Shown: in pieces, positions 26,294-38,279 of the stretch
Position numbering within the stretch: the stretch's first letter is position 1
Layout of the letters: every line of letters begins with the position of its first letter
NCBI GenBank assembly: GCA_001938485.1
Contig: MQRK01216559.1
Span: 1 to 53,187 of the forward strand
Length of the DNA: 53,187 bases
Source of the DNA: Girardia tigrina
Taxonomy: Eukaryota
Reading direction: 5' to 3'
Notes under the pieces: model-generated
What the model was told of the DNA's origin: nothing
Database searches by the model: none
The model's input: only the letters and a program-made list of their open reading frames with translations
Position numbers and translations under genes: made by a program

Positions 26294-27189
26294 TTAGATG
26301 AAGATAACTTTCTGAATTTCAAGATGTAGATGAAGAGATGATATGTATATGCGCGCGCGAGTGTGTATGTAACAGACAGAGAGAGACATATTGTGTTTGT
26401 GTGCACTTCTTGTGTGATACACACACACATGCACACATTACGACGTATATTGATTTTAATTGATTGATCTTGTTTAAACATTTTTATTGTACATTTTTAC
26501 TTTTTTTGATTTTTCAAGTATTACCATTTACGATCACATTTTATTATTACCAGAAATATACGGCTACTCTTTATTAATTTAAGGTTTTTGTATGATTAAT
26601 TGGTCCGTTTAAAGTGAGCTTGTTCGGGAAAACATTGGAAAATAGCAATTTCAAGAAATCATTGTCATTTGTTTTGGTCTAATGCCATACCAATATCTAT
26701 GATTTATTAATCAGAAAGATATGCACTGAATTATAACATATTTGAGGTTACCAATAGAAATTAAAAAAATTAGAGTTTTGATAATTAATTAATATTATAA
26801 ATATTTTCCATTTGTTTTCAAAAATGAGGATTAAACATAGAAAAATATTAATCAAGAGATGTCGTGTAGTGAAAAAGGTTTGAAGAATTGTTGTAATGGC
26901 AATTCAATCTGTAATAGTAATAAATAATCAGTCATATTTATGTTGTTAATATACACTATCCGTAAAACAGCCAACATGCGAGTTGCATAAAGAAGGCTGA
27001 CTCCTGGCATAAGAGAAAGAAATAGAGCCAGAGTAACTAGTAAGAATGTGTTAATACTTTAATGATGTTTTCGAATCGGTATAAATCAGAAATAGCATAA
27101 AATTATTTACCATAAAATTCATAGATTAACTTTAAATTTAAGTGAGACGTAGCACCATAATATATAAATAAGAATAGAATAGTGTAGCG

Positions 27190-30100
27190 GAATTGAGAGC
27201 TTCTACAGACCTCGATGCTGGAACTGAACAAAGTCAATCTATTGCACCCAGCGACACTGAAGAATCACAAATCGACGATGACAGCTCAGTCTGCTCAGTA
27301 AAATCAGAGATTTCCCTCCTCAAAACACCCAAGAGTAAGAGACTTAGAGGACCAAAGTGCGCTCAATGACGGGCCGGCTCCATAATCCTAAAAAATCAGG
27401 AGATTATGGATAAGCCACCAGAACCCGACCCAAGATATTGGTTCGATGACCTCGACATCCATGCCTACCTAGAGGTGATCGAAAAACCAGATGACATCCT
27501 GCTCGCACCGACCTGGGCAATCACCAAAACTTTCGAAGGGGAGGAAGACCTTCCATCTATTCTTCCCGGTTACAACCTGGAGAAAATCCAATATTGTATT
27601 GTAGCAGTTAACTATGGCAGCACACATTGGTTCACCATGTGCTGCACTAAAGGTCATGTTTTCATATTCAACTCCCTGATGGATTGCCCGAATGAAAGAC
27701 AATTAACAACACTCATCACTCCATTCATCAACGCTCTCAATAAAACTGCAACGGACAAAAGCAATTGACTCTTTAACATTAAACTCCCGATCAAGTACAG
27801 CACATGTCAACAACAAAAAAGCAATTATGACTGTGGGCCATTTACATGCGGGTTCATAGAGAACTTTATCAAAAGAAGGCAAAACCCTCTGTTTGACATT
27901 CCAATTAGTGAGATCAGAATAAAAGCACATTCTCTGCGCCCACAAAGATCTAGCCAAGCAAAACCGCAAAATGTAGGTGGAGGAAAAATGACAAAAACCG
28001 TTAAAAAACCACGAAAACCACGAAAAAAGAAGTACTCAAAAAAGACTGGCCAAAAGACACAGAAAGAACACAATGAGAAGAGACAAATCAAAGCCGACCT
28101 GTACAGATTTCAGGCTGATCGAATGTCACGACTAATCCAAAACTTACAAATCCCTGATGACATTCTGATACTAGACAACAGAGTGACCCACAAGATTAGC
28201 AAGGGTAATGAGGAATTCATTAAGACACACATTTCTTATTCCTCATTCATTGGAAAAAGACTTGTCCTTTGCCCACTCTGCATCTCCGACATGCAATTGA
28301 TTCTAGTATCCTTCGATCAAGAAAACAAAAAAACATCCATCATGAACAGACTTTCAATATCAGACGAACAATGGACGGTCATCAAGACCCTGAACACGAA
28401 CCTCTATTCGTTCTACAGAAATGTCAGCAATATTTGGGAACCAGAAGAAGTCAGTACGACAAAATCCGAGCAATTCGCTGGAAATGGATACTGGATTGCC
28501 AATTATATTTACCAAATTGTTCACAATGAAGATATCAATCAAGACAATCGACAAACTGTTTGGGAATTGACAAAAAAGAAGAAATTTAACAAAATTTCTG
28601 CCCACCCAACAGGGGATCGAAAAAAGACGGAACAAAATCAGACATACAAGGACAGACTGTCATCTGCAGAAGAGTTCCTTAAAACCGTCGCTAATGAACA
28701 TATCGAACAATTTTCTGATCAATTACAACAATACATTTTACAAAAACAGAAAAAGAGCCGCAAAAAACCATACCAAGGAAAGATCGGTAAGGATAGAGGT
28801 AAAAATGACAAATACCTACACATCAAATATAGAATTGAGCCAAAGAAAGTGATAGAGATGATCCTATCGGACTCGAAAGTAACCACAAGCCCACCTATTG
28901 AAAAGATAAAAGAATACGGTCAGACAAAAACACCAGACCCACCAAAGACCGACTGGACCAAATTTCCCCTCATCGAACAAGGTCCAGAATTTTTCCAACC
29001 GGGCACTTTTGCTCAACGATCAAGAAGATTAGCATGGCCCCTGCGCAAGGATGACACGCAAAATCGTGAAGCGTTCCATATTTTTTAGATTATTTATTAT
29101 CTTTGATATTTTTAGTTTTTTTAAAAATAATTTATTAATTTCTTTTATTTTCCTTCTTTTATCGTTAATAAGCAAAACATAATTCTTTACTTGATTAAGT
29201 AGCATTTGTGATAAATTATTTTTGTGATAGTTATGCAAAAGTCAATGGCACTGCGTATTCCCAATCGGTCACCCATATAACAGAATTCAAAAAGATCACC
29301 AAGGCAGAAATTCTATCAGTCCTGCTTAAAATGAAAAAATCCAGCCCGGGAAAATCAAACATCACATACAAAGACATTGAATACTGTGATCCCAGCGGCT
29401 GCATCCTTGAAAAACTCTTTGAGAAAATCATGGATAAAAATGAAATACCAAAGAACTGGGGCGAATTCATAACAATACTTATCCCCAAACCAGGAAAAGA
29501 CGATAAATATGATCAAATGTCGTCCTGGAGACCAATTGCACTACTAGAATGCATATACAAAGTCTTTGCATCCTGTCTAACAGCCCAACTTGAAAAATGG
29601 CTGACAGTAAATGACCTGATTTTCCCACTGCAAAAAGGAACAGGAACATCAGATGGATGTGCTGAACACAACAATGTGTTGAGAATTATATTAGAAGAAC
29701 TGGAAGAAGTCCACGTCGCCTTCCTCGATCTCACTGACACATTTAGTAGAATGCCCATAGATCATGTAATTGAAATATTACGCAGAAAAGGAATGGTCTC
29801 GAAATCGTGTGACTTGATAAGTCAATCTACACTGAAAAGACATCTGAATACTCATGCAATGGCCGATCTATCCCAGCAATACCGATCAACAGAGGAGTTC
29901 GACAGGGTTGCCCATTATCGATGCTCCTATTCAACGTTGACATAGACCCAATCTTGATGGAAATTCACAACTCACCAGACTCCTGAATAAAAATCTCTGA
30001 TCACAAAATATCCTGCCTGGCGTATGCCGATGATATTGCCTTGATATCAAACACAAATTAAGGTCTCCAGGAAATGGTCAACAATGCCTTCAATTGGGCC

Positions 30101-31830
30101 TCCTGACATCGATGACCTTCAATTCGAGCAAATACGGTTATCTGTCAACAACGAAGGGAAACGAGAAGATATACATCAACGGAGAAGAAGTCGCAATAGT
30201 TGACGACGAAAAGGGATACAGATACCTGGGAGTAGACTTTACAAGATAAACAAAAAGCTCTCCCACCGAACTTTTCGAAGGTATCATAAGGGATATGAAA
30301 AAATCGCCAACTCCTCTCTTGATTCTTGGCAGAAGATTGACGCATACAAAACATTCATCCACTCGCGCCTAATCTTCTCTTTTCGAAATTATAACATTCC
30401 GAACAGAGAACTGTCAAGCTATGGTAGTGCTGATATTAAAAACAGGACATTCGCAATCGGTCTGGACAGAGAAATTAGAAAGTTGATAAAACCCGTGTGT
30501 GGTCTACAACCAACAGCAACAAACGACTATCTTTACGCAGGGAAAGAGTATGGGGGACTTGGACTAGTCGAAACCCGAGATGAATATGCCATACAATCAA
30601 TCATACAGGCATTCAAGAACTTGACCTGCGAAGACATGAGCGTTGCCGAATTAACACTAATCAATTTGAACAACACTCTGAAAAAACAAAGTAAAAACAA
30701 AAGGAGAAAGTACAATCCAGATAGAACAATCAGCGAAATGATGGATTGGCTCAACGAAGGAGATTGAGAGAACGGAATCCAATCTTGGTGGACCAAAATC
30801 AGAAATAATATCAGATATCTGGACAAGATTGGATTACAAACTCGTTTCCTACATGATCAAGTAAAGGGGATATGCTTACAGATCAGGTCGTCTAGCGAAA
30901 CTCTGACTCTATCTGCCGCCAACAAAAAAACCCTATCTTTCCAATTCCACAGACTATACCACCACCAAAAGTTTGTGGATTGGTCAAATCAAAAATGCGC
31001 GGGTAGATCAGCTGACGCCTTGAGTAAAAACAAAACCTCCAGTCAGATACTTTACGATAGAAGCCTAACAGCAACAGAATGGCAATTCATCCATCAAGCA
31101 AGAACAGGAAACCTCCCTGTAAACTACAGGCCGAAGAGACCAAAAGAAAAACACTCTGCCGTGCTTGTCGAAATTATGTGGAAACACAAATGCATGTCCT
31201 TTGCCGCTGCAATTACAATATGACACTTGTCACTGCACGACACAATGCTGTGGTTGACCTGGTTGTTGAGGCTTTAGACTTTGAAATGCCGTATTACGAA
31301 ATCAAAACTGACGAACAAAGTGATTTCTCTACAACGAGCAGAAGAATAGACCTACAAGTCAAAAACAGCGGTGGAAAAACCCTGTGGCTGATAGACATCA
31401 AAACACCGTACGACGAGACGGAGAACCTCAAGTCCGCCAGAGAGCTGAATGAGACAAAATATGAGTCACTTGAAGCCGAGGCAAAAGCCAAATTTCCAGC
31501 CTGGAGCATACATCTCGGAACGATAGTCGTTGGTTGTCTTGGCTCCTGGACAAAGGAGAATGATGATGTCCTCAAAAATCTCAACTTGTCGGACACCGCA
31601 TTAACCAACTTGCGACGACGATGTGTGATATCGAATATCAAGCATAGCGCGTCGACTTGGGCGAAACACAACATTTACTGTTTCAACCCATGTGCCAGCT
31701 CCACGGATAAACCAGTCGACTCAATCCTGGAGCGGATTCAAACGTTGGACGCTTAACGACGCTTTAGTCATTAGCTGTCCTGTCTCTGTGGTCACACGTT
31801 TAAGTGGACAAGCGACAGTTGCTAAATTTA
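27190..31830 (+). mobile_element. Decayed, 5'-truncated RLE-type non-LTR retrotransposon (NeSL/R5-like) with Ulp1/C48 protease, RT, CCHC and restriction-like endonuclease
   Basis: Protease: WFDDLDIHAYL..VNYGSTHWF..VFIFNSL..QQQKSNYDCGPF. RT: SSPG, WRPIALLECIYK, QKG..GCAEHN, AFLDL, GVRQGCPLSMLLFN, LAYADD, YRYLGV. C-terminus: CRACRNYVETQMHVLCRC, ARHN, RRIDL..LIDIK..KY, IVVGCLGSW; stop at 31756. Multiple stops and frameshifts. Confidence 0.9.
27406..27900 (+). pseudogene. Ulp1/SENP-like (peptidase C48) domain of the retrotransposon ORF
   Basis: His of HW at 27625-27627, FNSL (Asn at the usual D-S position) and Q-x5-DCG with Cys at 27832-27834. All in one frame with a single in-frame TGA at 27766-27768. 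Confidence 0.8.
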
Positions 31831-32700
31831 TTTCAAAAGTTCACGCAGATAAGCGTCAAGTTTAATCTATTACAAAGTACTTCGAGATATTACAAGAAGT
31901 TATCATTTGGTTAAATTACGCAGTTTATTGGAAGAGAAATAAAAGAAAAGATTGATTAAATTGATTTAAGAATTCAACTATTGAAATAGAGAAATCGTCA
32001 TTATTGGAAGGAGTCATTGAATTTACTAAGGAACCGGCAGGAATAATTCGGGTTAATAGTTTTTCCATAATATCTGCAAATTTATCATTATTAAATTTAT
32101 AAAGATTTCTCTTTTAAAATTATATTTCTCTCTATAATTAAAATCTTTTAATTGAAATGAAGTTGAATATTGGACGGTGAATCTGTTCAATAAAACATCA
32201 AATAGAATTGGTAAATATTACACACATTTATTTGTATTTATTATATATTGTGAGGAATATTTTAAATTGTTTGAATGTGTAAATGTATGGATGCTGTATG
32301 TTGATTTAAGTAGGTTGAATTTAGAATGATGATTCTCCCACCCAGATGGTATTTGGTATTTTTTTATTAAATTTAAAGTGATTGACTATTCGAACATAAT
32401 TAAAATAATCATTTTAAGTTCATATCTTTAATTTCAGAATTAAAATTAAGTTTAATAATTTTTAGTAAAATTTAAATTAAATGCATTTTTAATAATTTGA
32501 TGTCATTTTTATTATTTTGGGATTTATTGAAAATTGGTAAAAATTAATATTTTTAATTAATATTTTTAGAGGTTAAATATTTTAAAAAATAACTTAGAAA
32601 AATTGTTCGAATAATAATGATTAAAAACAGAAAATAAGAAAACCAATTAGAACGATGTCAAACGATGAAAGACCTTCTGAGAGTTTTAATGACTCTAAAT

Positions 32701-33328
32701 CAGTGGTGGCCAAACTGGGTGTCGCGAAAATTTTTCAAAACTATCAAAAATACTCACTTTTTGGAAAAAAATCTTTAGGTGTTATAATGCTGGATTATAT
32801 AGTGAGTAGTACTCACTGAGTATTATTTCCAACCATTTTACAAGATTTATAGTTGGTTGTTAGTTTCGGTTTAACGACCTTTTTGAAAATTTTTTTTTTC
32901 AAAATAATCCACTGAACGAAGAAATCAAAAACAACTTTTCTGCTGATTTTTAAAGAGATTTTTACGCGTAAGTAATTGTTTTATCATTCTACTAACGCCT
33001 TGTTACAATTCACCAAAAATTTATTGCAAAAAGCACCAAGCGGCAAGCTCAGCCTTCTCATTAGTTAATTTTAGTGTGATAATTTCGTAACTTTTCGTAA
33101 AACTTTTTTAAACCAAAGAATAACCAAACCACTATATTAAATGTTTCATCATTAATAAATAAGTTTTATCCAACTATGCTTGAAAAGCTAAAAGTTATGT
33201 CTTTTTCATTTTCAATTCCAATGACCGAAAATTCTAGTTATGTAGAAAGGCTGAAAGGCATATGGGTGTCGCGAAATTTTTCCGTTTACAAAAAGGTGTC
33301 ACGGCGCAAAAAAGGTTGGCCACCACTG
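32701..33328. mobile_element. hAT (Buster/Charlie-like) MITE
   Basis: TIRs CAGTGGTGGCCAAACT / AGGTTGGCCACCACTG; perfect 8-bp TSD CTCTAAAT (32693-32700, 33329-33336); repeated GGGTGTCGCGAAA subterminal motif. Confidence 0.93.
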
Positions 33329-33803
33329 CTCTAAATGTAATTACAATAAAGATTCAAACGAGACTTGTTTAAATGTTATTAATATATATAATTAATATTG
33401 TAAATTTGTCAATATTTAAATAAAAAGTATTTTAGAAAATCGTTCTGTTGTTCAATATGTTAAAATAAAAATCTACTCATAATTATTAAAGTTAAAATAT
33501 CTTTCATCAATCCGCAATCACTACACAAAGTTTATATCTAAATTCTAAAATAAAGAACTGACTTTTCTAAGAAAACCACCTAGAAAAGTGAACCAGTAAA
33601 GAAATTATTTTTGTTGAGCATTCAAAAGATTTCATATCTTTTATCGGAAACCCAGCAGATAAAGCTATGTTAACTTTTTGTATCTTAATGATTATAAAAT
33701 TAAAATGAAATGTTTTAATTAAAAATACTCAACAAGTCAACTAGCTCTTTAATAAATTAAGCGTTATAAAAATATCAATTTTTAATTAGTCTTTCGTCAA
33801 ACT

Positions 33804-34086
33804 CGGGGGCGCAACCAGAAATTTTTATTAAAAATAATTTTTAACACATTAAAGATTGCAAAAAATATGTCTTTAATTGATTTCGTATAATACACTGCTT
33901 TAAACGTTGAATAAATACATGAATTTAAGTAATGTTATTTTTACATAGCAGTATAGGAATTTGAATTTGAGTCAAATTTTCAAATTAAATTCATTTCATT
34001 ATTATTTTTTTATAAATTTTAAATATAATTAGAAAATTTTTGGGGTATAAATGCACTCTTGTACGCCACCCCTGGTTGGACTACTG
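33804..34086. mobile_element. hAT-type MITE, copy B
   Basis: Ends CGGGGGCGCAACCAGAAA / CCCCTGGTTGGACTACTG; perfect 8-bp TSD GTCAAACT (33796-33803, 34087-34094). Confidence 0.9.
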
Positions 34087-37000
34087 GTCAAACTCATAGT
34101 CTGTAATGAATGTTGAAACCCTGAAAATCTTTTATTATATTAAAATTGATTTATATTGTATATCTTTAAAAAATAATTTTGTTTACCTTTCTAATTACTT
34201 TATTTCTTGATTTAATATCAGAATAATGACCGACATAAGTAATTAAAATTGTTTTGCAATTACTATTTATGGTTTTAATTATTAATCCATCGTATTTAAG
34301 ATAAATTACTATTTACACATGTATTAAAATTAATGTATTATTTTTTTAATATTGTTATTATATACAACTTTTTAAATTTTGATGTGAAACTTACATGTTT
34401 TCGACAAATTTTACAGTTAAAATGTGAGTAGTTGTACATGTAAAAGCAACCTAAAGTCCAGATATAGTGTACTTGAGATTGCTTTTACGTCAAGAGAAAT
34501 GGCAAAATAAATAGAACGAAAATTCGGATGTTAAAATAATATTTACACAACAACAATTAACAACCGATACAAAACATATAACCGTTCAGCAGCAATAAAT
34601 TCTATTTAAATGTTAATCCGAATTATGATAATAATAATCCACAAAATTGCCATGAATATTCCCATTTCTGGATCCGCTATTGAAATTGATATAGAAATTG
34701 AAATTGTGATCAATTTCAATTATTGATATCTATTTCTATATTAATTGCCCTTGGCAATAAATAATATAACCCAATTTACATATAAAATACACAAAAATAA
34801 AAAAAATAATGTACATTTACAAAAGCTCTCCCCCTAAAAGCGGAGCGAAGTGTTTTTCTGTGGTTGGTTTTATCTATTACAACAGTACATAGTAGTGAAC
34901 ACTACAGTACAACAGCTTGTTGCTCAATTTATGAAACTATAATATAACTTATATATAACTTTTATTATTTTAAATACAATTTACGAAAATAAAATAAATT
35001 TTATTCTTTGAAAGACAATTTACGAAATTATGAAACAACTTCTGTTATTTAAAAATTTATAATTTAAGCAAAAATAAATACATTTTGTTAAATTAAGGGA
35101 TATATACATGAAATATGTAAATTTTTCGTATAAAAATTAAATAAATATTACATGCATATATCAACAATAGATGTTTTAAGGTGGACAGATCAACAAACTA
35201 AAATGATTAAACAATATTCAAAGAAATTTAATATTTTACAAAAAGCACTAGAAAATAAAGAATATTTTAGTGTATAAGTAACTAATTTTAAGTCATTTTG
35301 TATACCTATAGAAATTAGAAAGTTCATTTTTAGCAATATAAGATGATCAAATGAATTTAAATTAAATTTATCATTTTATTTAATTTAATTTTAAATATAA
35401 TTATTCAAATATTTGTAAATTCTTTTTTAAGTAATGTTGGGGTTATATTATGTAAATAATTGACTTATTGAGTTTTGTGAATTTTATTATTTATGTTTTT
35501 GTTTTTATTGGTTTTAGGAATTTTATTATTTATGTTTTGTGTGAATTTTATTATTTATTATTTATAATTAGTCTTATGAATTTTATTATTGTTATTTATA
35601 ATTTTATTTAAAATAAATTTAAATTTTATATCTGTTATTTATCTATAATTTTATTTAAATAAAATAAAGTTTTTAATTTCATATTATATTTGTTACTCAC
35701 TGTGCGCTCTTGTCACGCATAGTGCGTCCTTTGTGGTGGCCGCATGCTTCTTTTGAGTCCAACGCGCTCTTATTTTTCTTCTACGCTTCAACCTTAAGCC
35801 ACGCGTTTCAATCTAGGCATTTCATTTTTTGTGCTTCAACCTTACAGTAAGCCACGCGTTTTTAATAAGAATTATAAAAAGACCAAAGAAGAATAAATAA
35901 TGTTAGATTTTTCTTCATTCTTACAGGTAAAGATATTTTATCAAACGTTAACGGGTTATAGATTTTTCTTCATTCTTACAGAAGTTGAGATCCTGATTTC
36001 CGAATTATCGAGAAAATTTCCTGTTATTGATTCCGAATTATTGAGAGAATTCCGTTATTGATTTCCAAAAATTTCTGAGATTAAATTGTTTCTCTTTGCA
36101 AAGGAGTTTGATATATTGACGCATCGATGAGATCCTCTGCTTATAATAATTGTAAAGCAGATTTATAATTTTAAAAGATTTTTCTTTAAAATCAATATAT
36201 TTTAAATTTTATAAATTCCATAATTGTGATCGTTAATATATTAAAATAATAATTTCTATTTATTAAACTGATTAGCTATTTAAAACGGTTTTTCTGAAGC
36301 AGTCTAAATTTAACATTACACAAAAGGATATTTTTATTATTTGCTTTAATAATAACAATAATTGTAAAGCAGTTATTTTATATATATAATAAAGTTTTTA
36401 TAACAATTGTCTTGCGTTATTGATAATTGATCATTTAATTCATAATTCGTTATTGACTTTTTTTAATTTAATAAAAAAAGGTTTAATAACATTTAAATTC
36501 AAGTGAAGATTGTCAATCTTCTTTGTTAACTCATTGTTGGGTGAAGGTAAACCAATTCTCTTTTGCCCAGTGTCTTAACAGTAAGCTATATTTTTCAGCC
36601 AAATTGTTGACTTATTTTAAATAATTTTGTAATTTTTTATCGAGTTTATTGATAAATATTTTAAATACATTTCATTATTATTTTTTACGAATTCTCGATC
36701 CAACAGTTCGAAAAATAAATGAAAAATCAAGTCATAAAAATATATTATTCAGATAATGTACTTTTAAAGGAAATTATAATTCTAAAATTATAAAAGTAGC
36801 AAAAACAGAATGATTGAAAAGTCTAAGGATAATCATAAGGGTTGAGAGATGTAAGGAACTATTTGATTTTTCTTTAATTTATTCATGAAATTGATTTCTC
36901 AAAAATTTTCGAAATTTAATATTAATTAAAATATTTGACAAGAATTAAAATTTTAAATCAAAAGCCAAATCACAATATTTTTAAGATAATACTTTATGCT

Positions 37001-38279
37001 TCATAACAATTACAAATATTATATAAACAGTTTAAATAAAATAATACAAACACATCATAATGTGACAGTTCCTGCAAATTTTACGATGAAAACTCTAGCA
37101 GCATTTAACTTTTAAAACAGGAATTCTAAATTATATTAAAATTGAGTAAGTAAAATTTAGATTAAATTTTAAAATATAATTAATTAACTTCGAATAAAAT
37201 ATTTATTATATTTATATTTGTTTTTTATACAATTGCAATGAATTAATTTTCAATATTCATACAAAATCTGTTTAAATATTTTTTTATTAATAATACTTTT
37301 ATTTAACTTCTTCTATTCTAATAATATTTCAATTAATTTTTTATTAACAAAAAACAAATAATTTACTCTGGTAGAATAAAGTATATTATTTTAATTACAT
37401 TTTAAACTAATTTATGTAAAGAATAAAAGAATTATATCTAAATATAATAAAAATAAATAGAAAACCTTAGACAATAACAATGTTTGTTTTTAAACATTTA
37501 TTTTTCACATAACTATCAAAAGCGTATGATAAATGACTATAGCCATTGTTCTGGAAGACTAATGTAAAATATAATAGTAAAGTTAATCGCCTTTAATTGA
37601 TCGTCTCTAGTAGAACAATGGCATTTATACATTACTTACAAAAAAGAGTTTTCTTTAATTAACGAATTAGAATGAAATTATAAGTAAAAAACTAAATATA
37701 TAATTAGTTATCTAATTTAAAAATTATTTTTCGAATACATTTTTGTTACAATTTGAAAATTTGTAAATAGATGCAAACATTTTTTTTGACATCTAATGAG
37801 AATTTCAAAATAAAATAAAATTTTCTATTAAAATTATTTTCTATCAAAATTTTAAAATATTTCTAAAAAATATTTTCAACAAAAATATGAATAATTACAA
37901 TTTAATATTAAACTTCAACATTCATTATAGTTATTAAAATAACTTTTTTAGAATCATCGAAATTATTTAATAGAAACATTAATATTTTAATTTGATAATT
38001 TACCGATTTCTTTTTCTCCAAAAAACAAAGTTTATTCCGAAATATTAATTTTATTCAAAAATTTCTTTTTCGTTAAAAAAACTTTAACAAACAATTATTT
38101 TAAATCTTTCATTATCGTTTTTTTTCGACCAAATAAAATATAAAATCCAAAATTATTTTCCTTTAATTATTACTGAAAAAATATTCAAAAATATCTTTAA
38201 TAAATTTGTTTAGTTAATGCTAATTGTTTAATCGTGCTCATTTTAAATTATTATCAACAGAATATAAGTGCTTATTGTA

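Noticed and set aside
26131-26481. 116-aa ORF with YI repeats
   Set aside because: Translation of the (TA)n microsatellite and a gap.
27367-30767. Several in-frame TGA stops in the retrotransposon suggesting read-through or an alternative genetic code
   Set aside because: TAA stops and frameshifts also occur, and the spectraplakin itself ends in TGA; ordinary pseudogene decay explains them.
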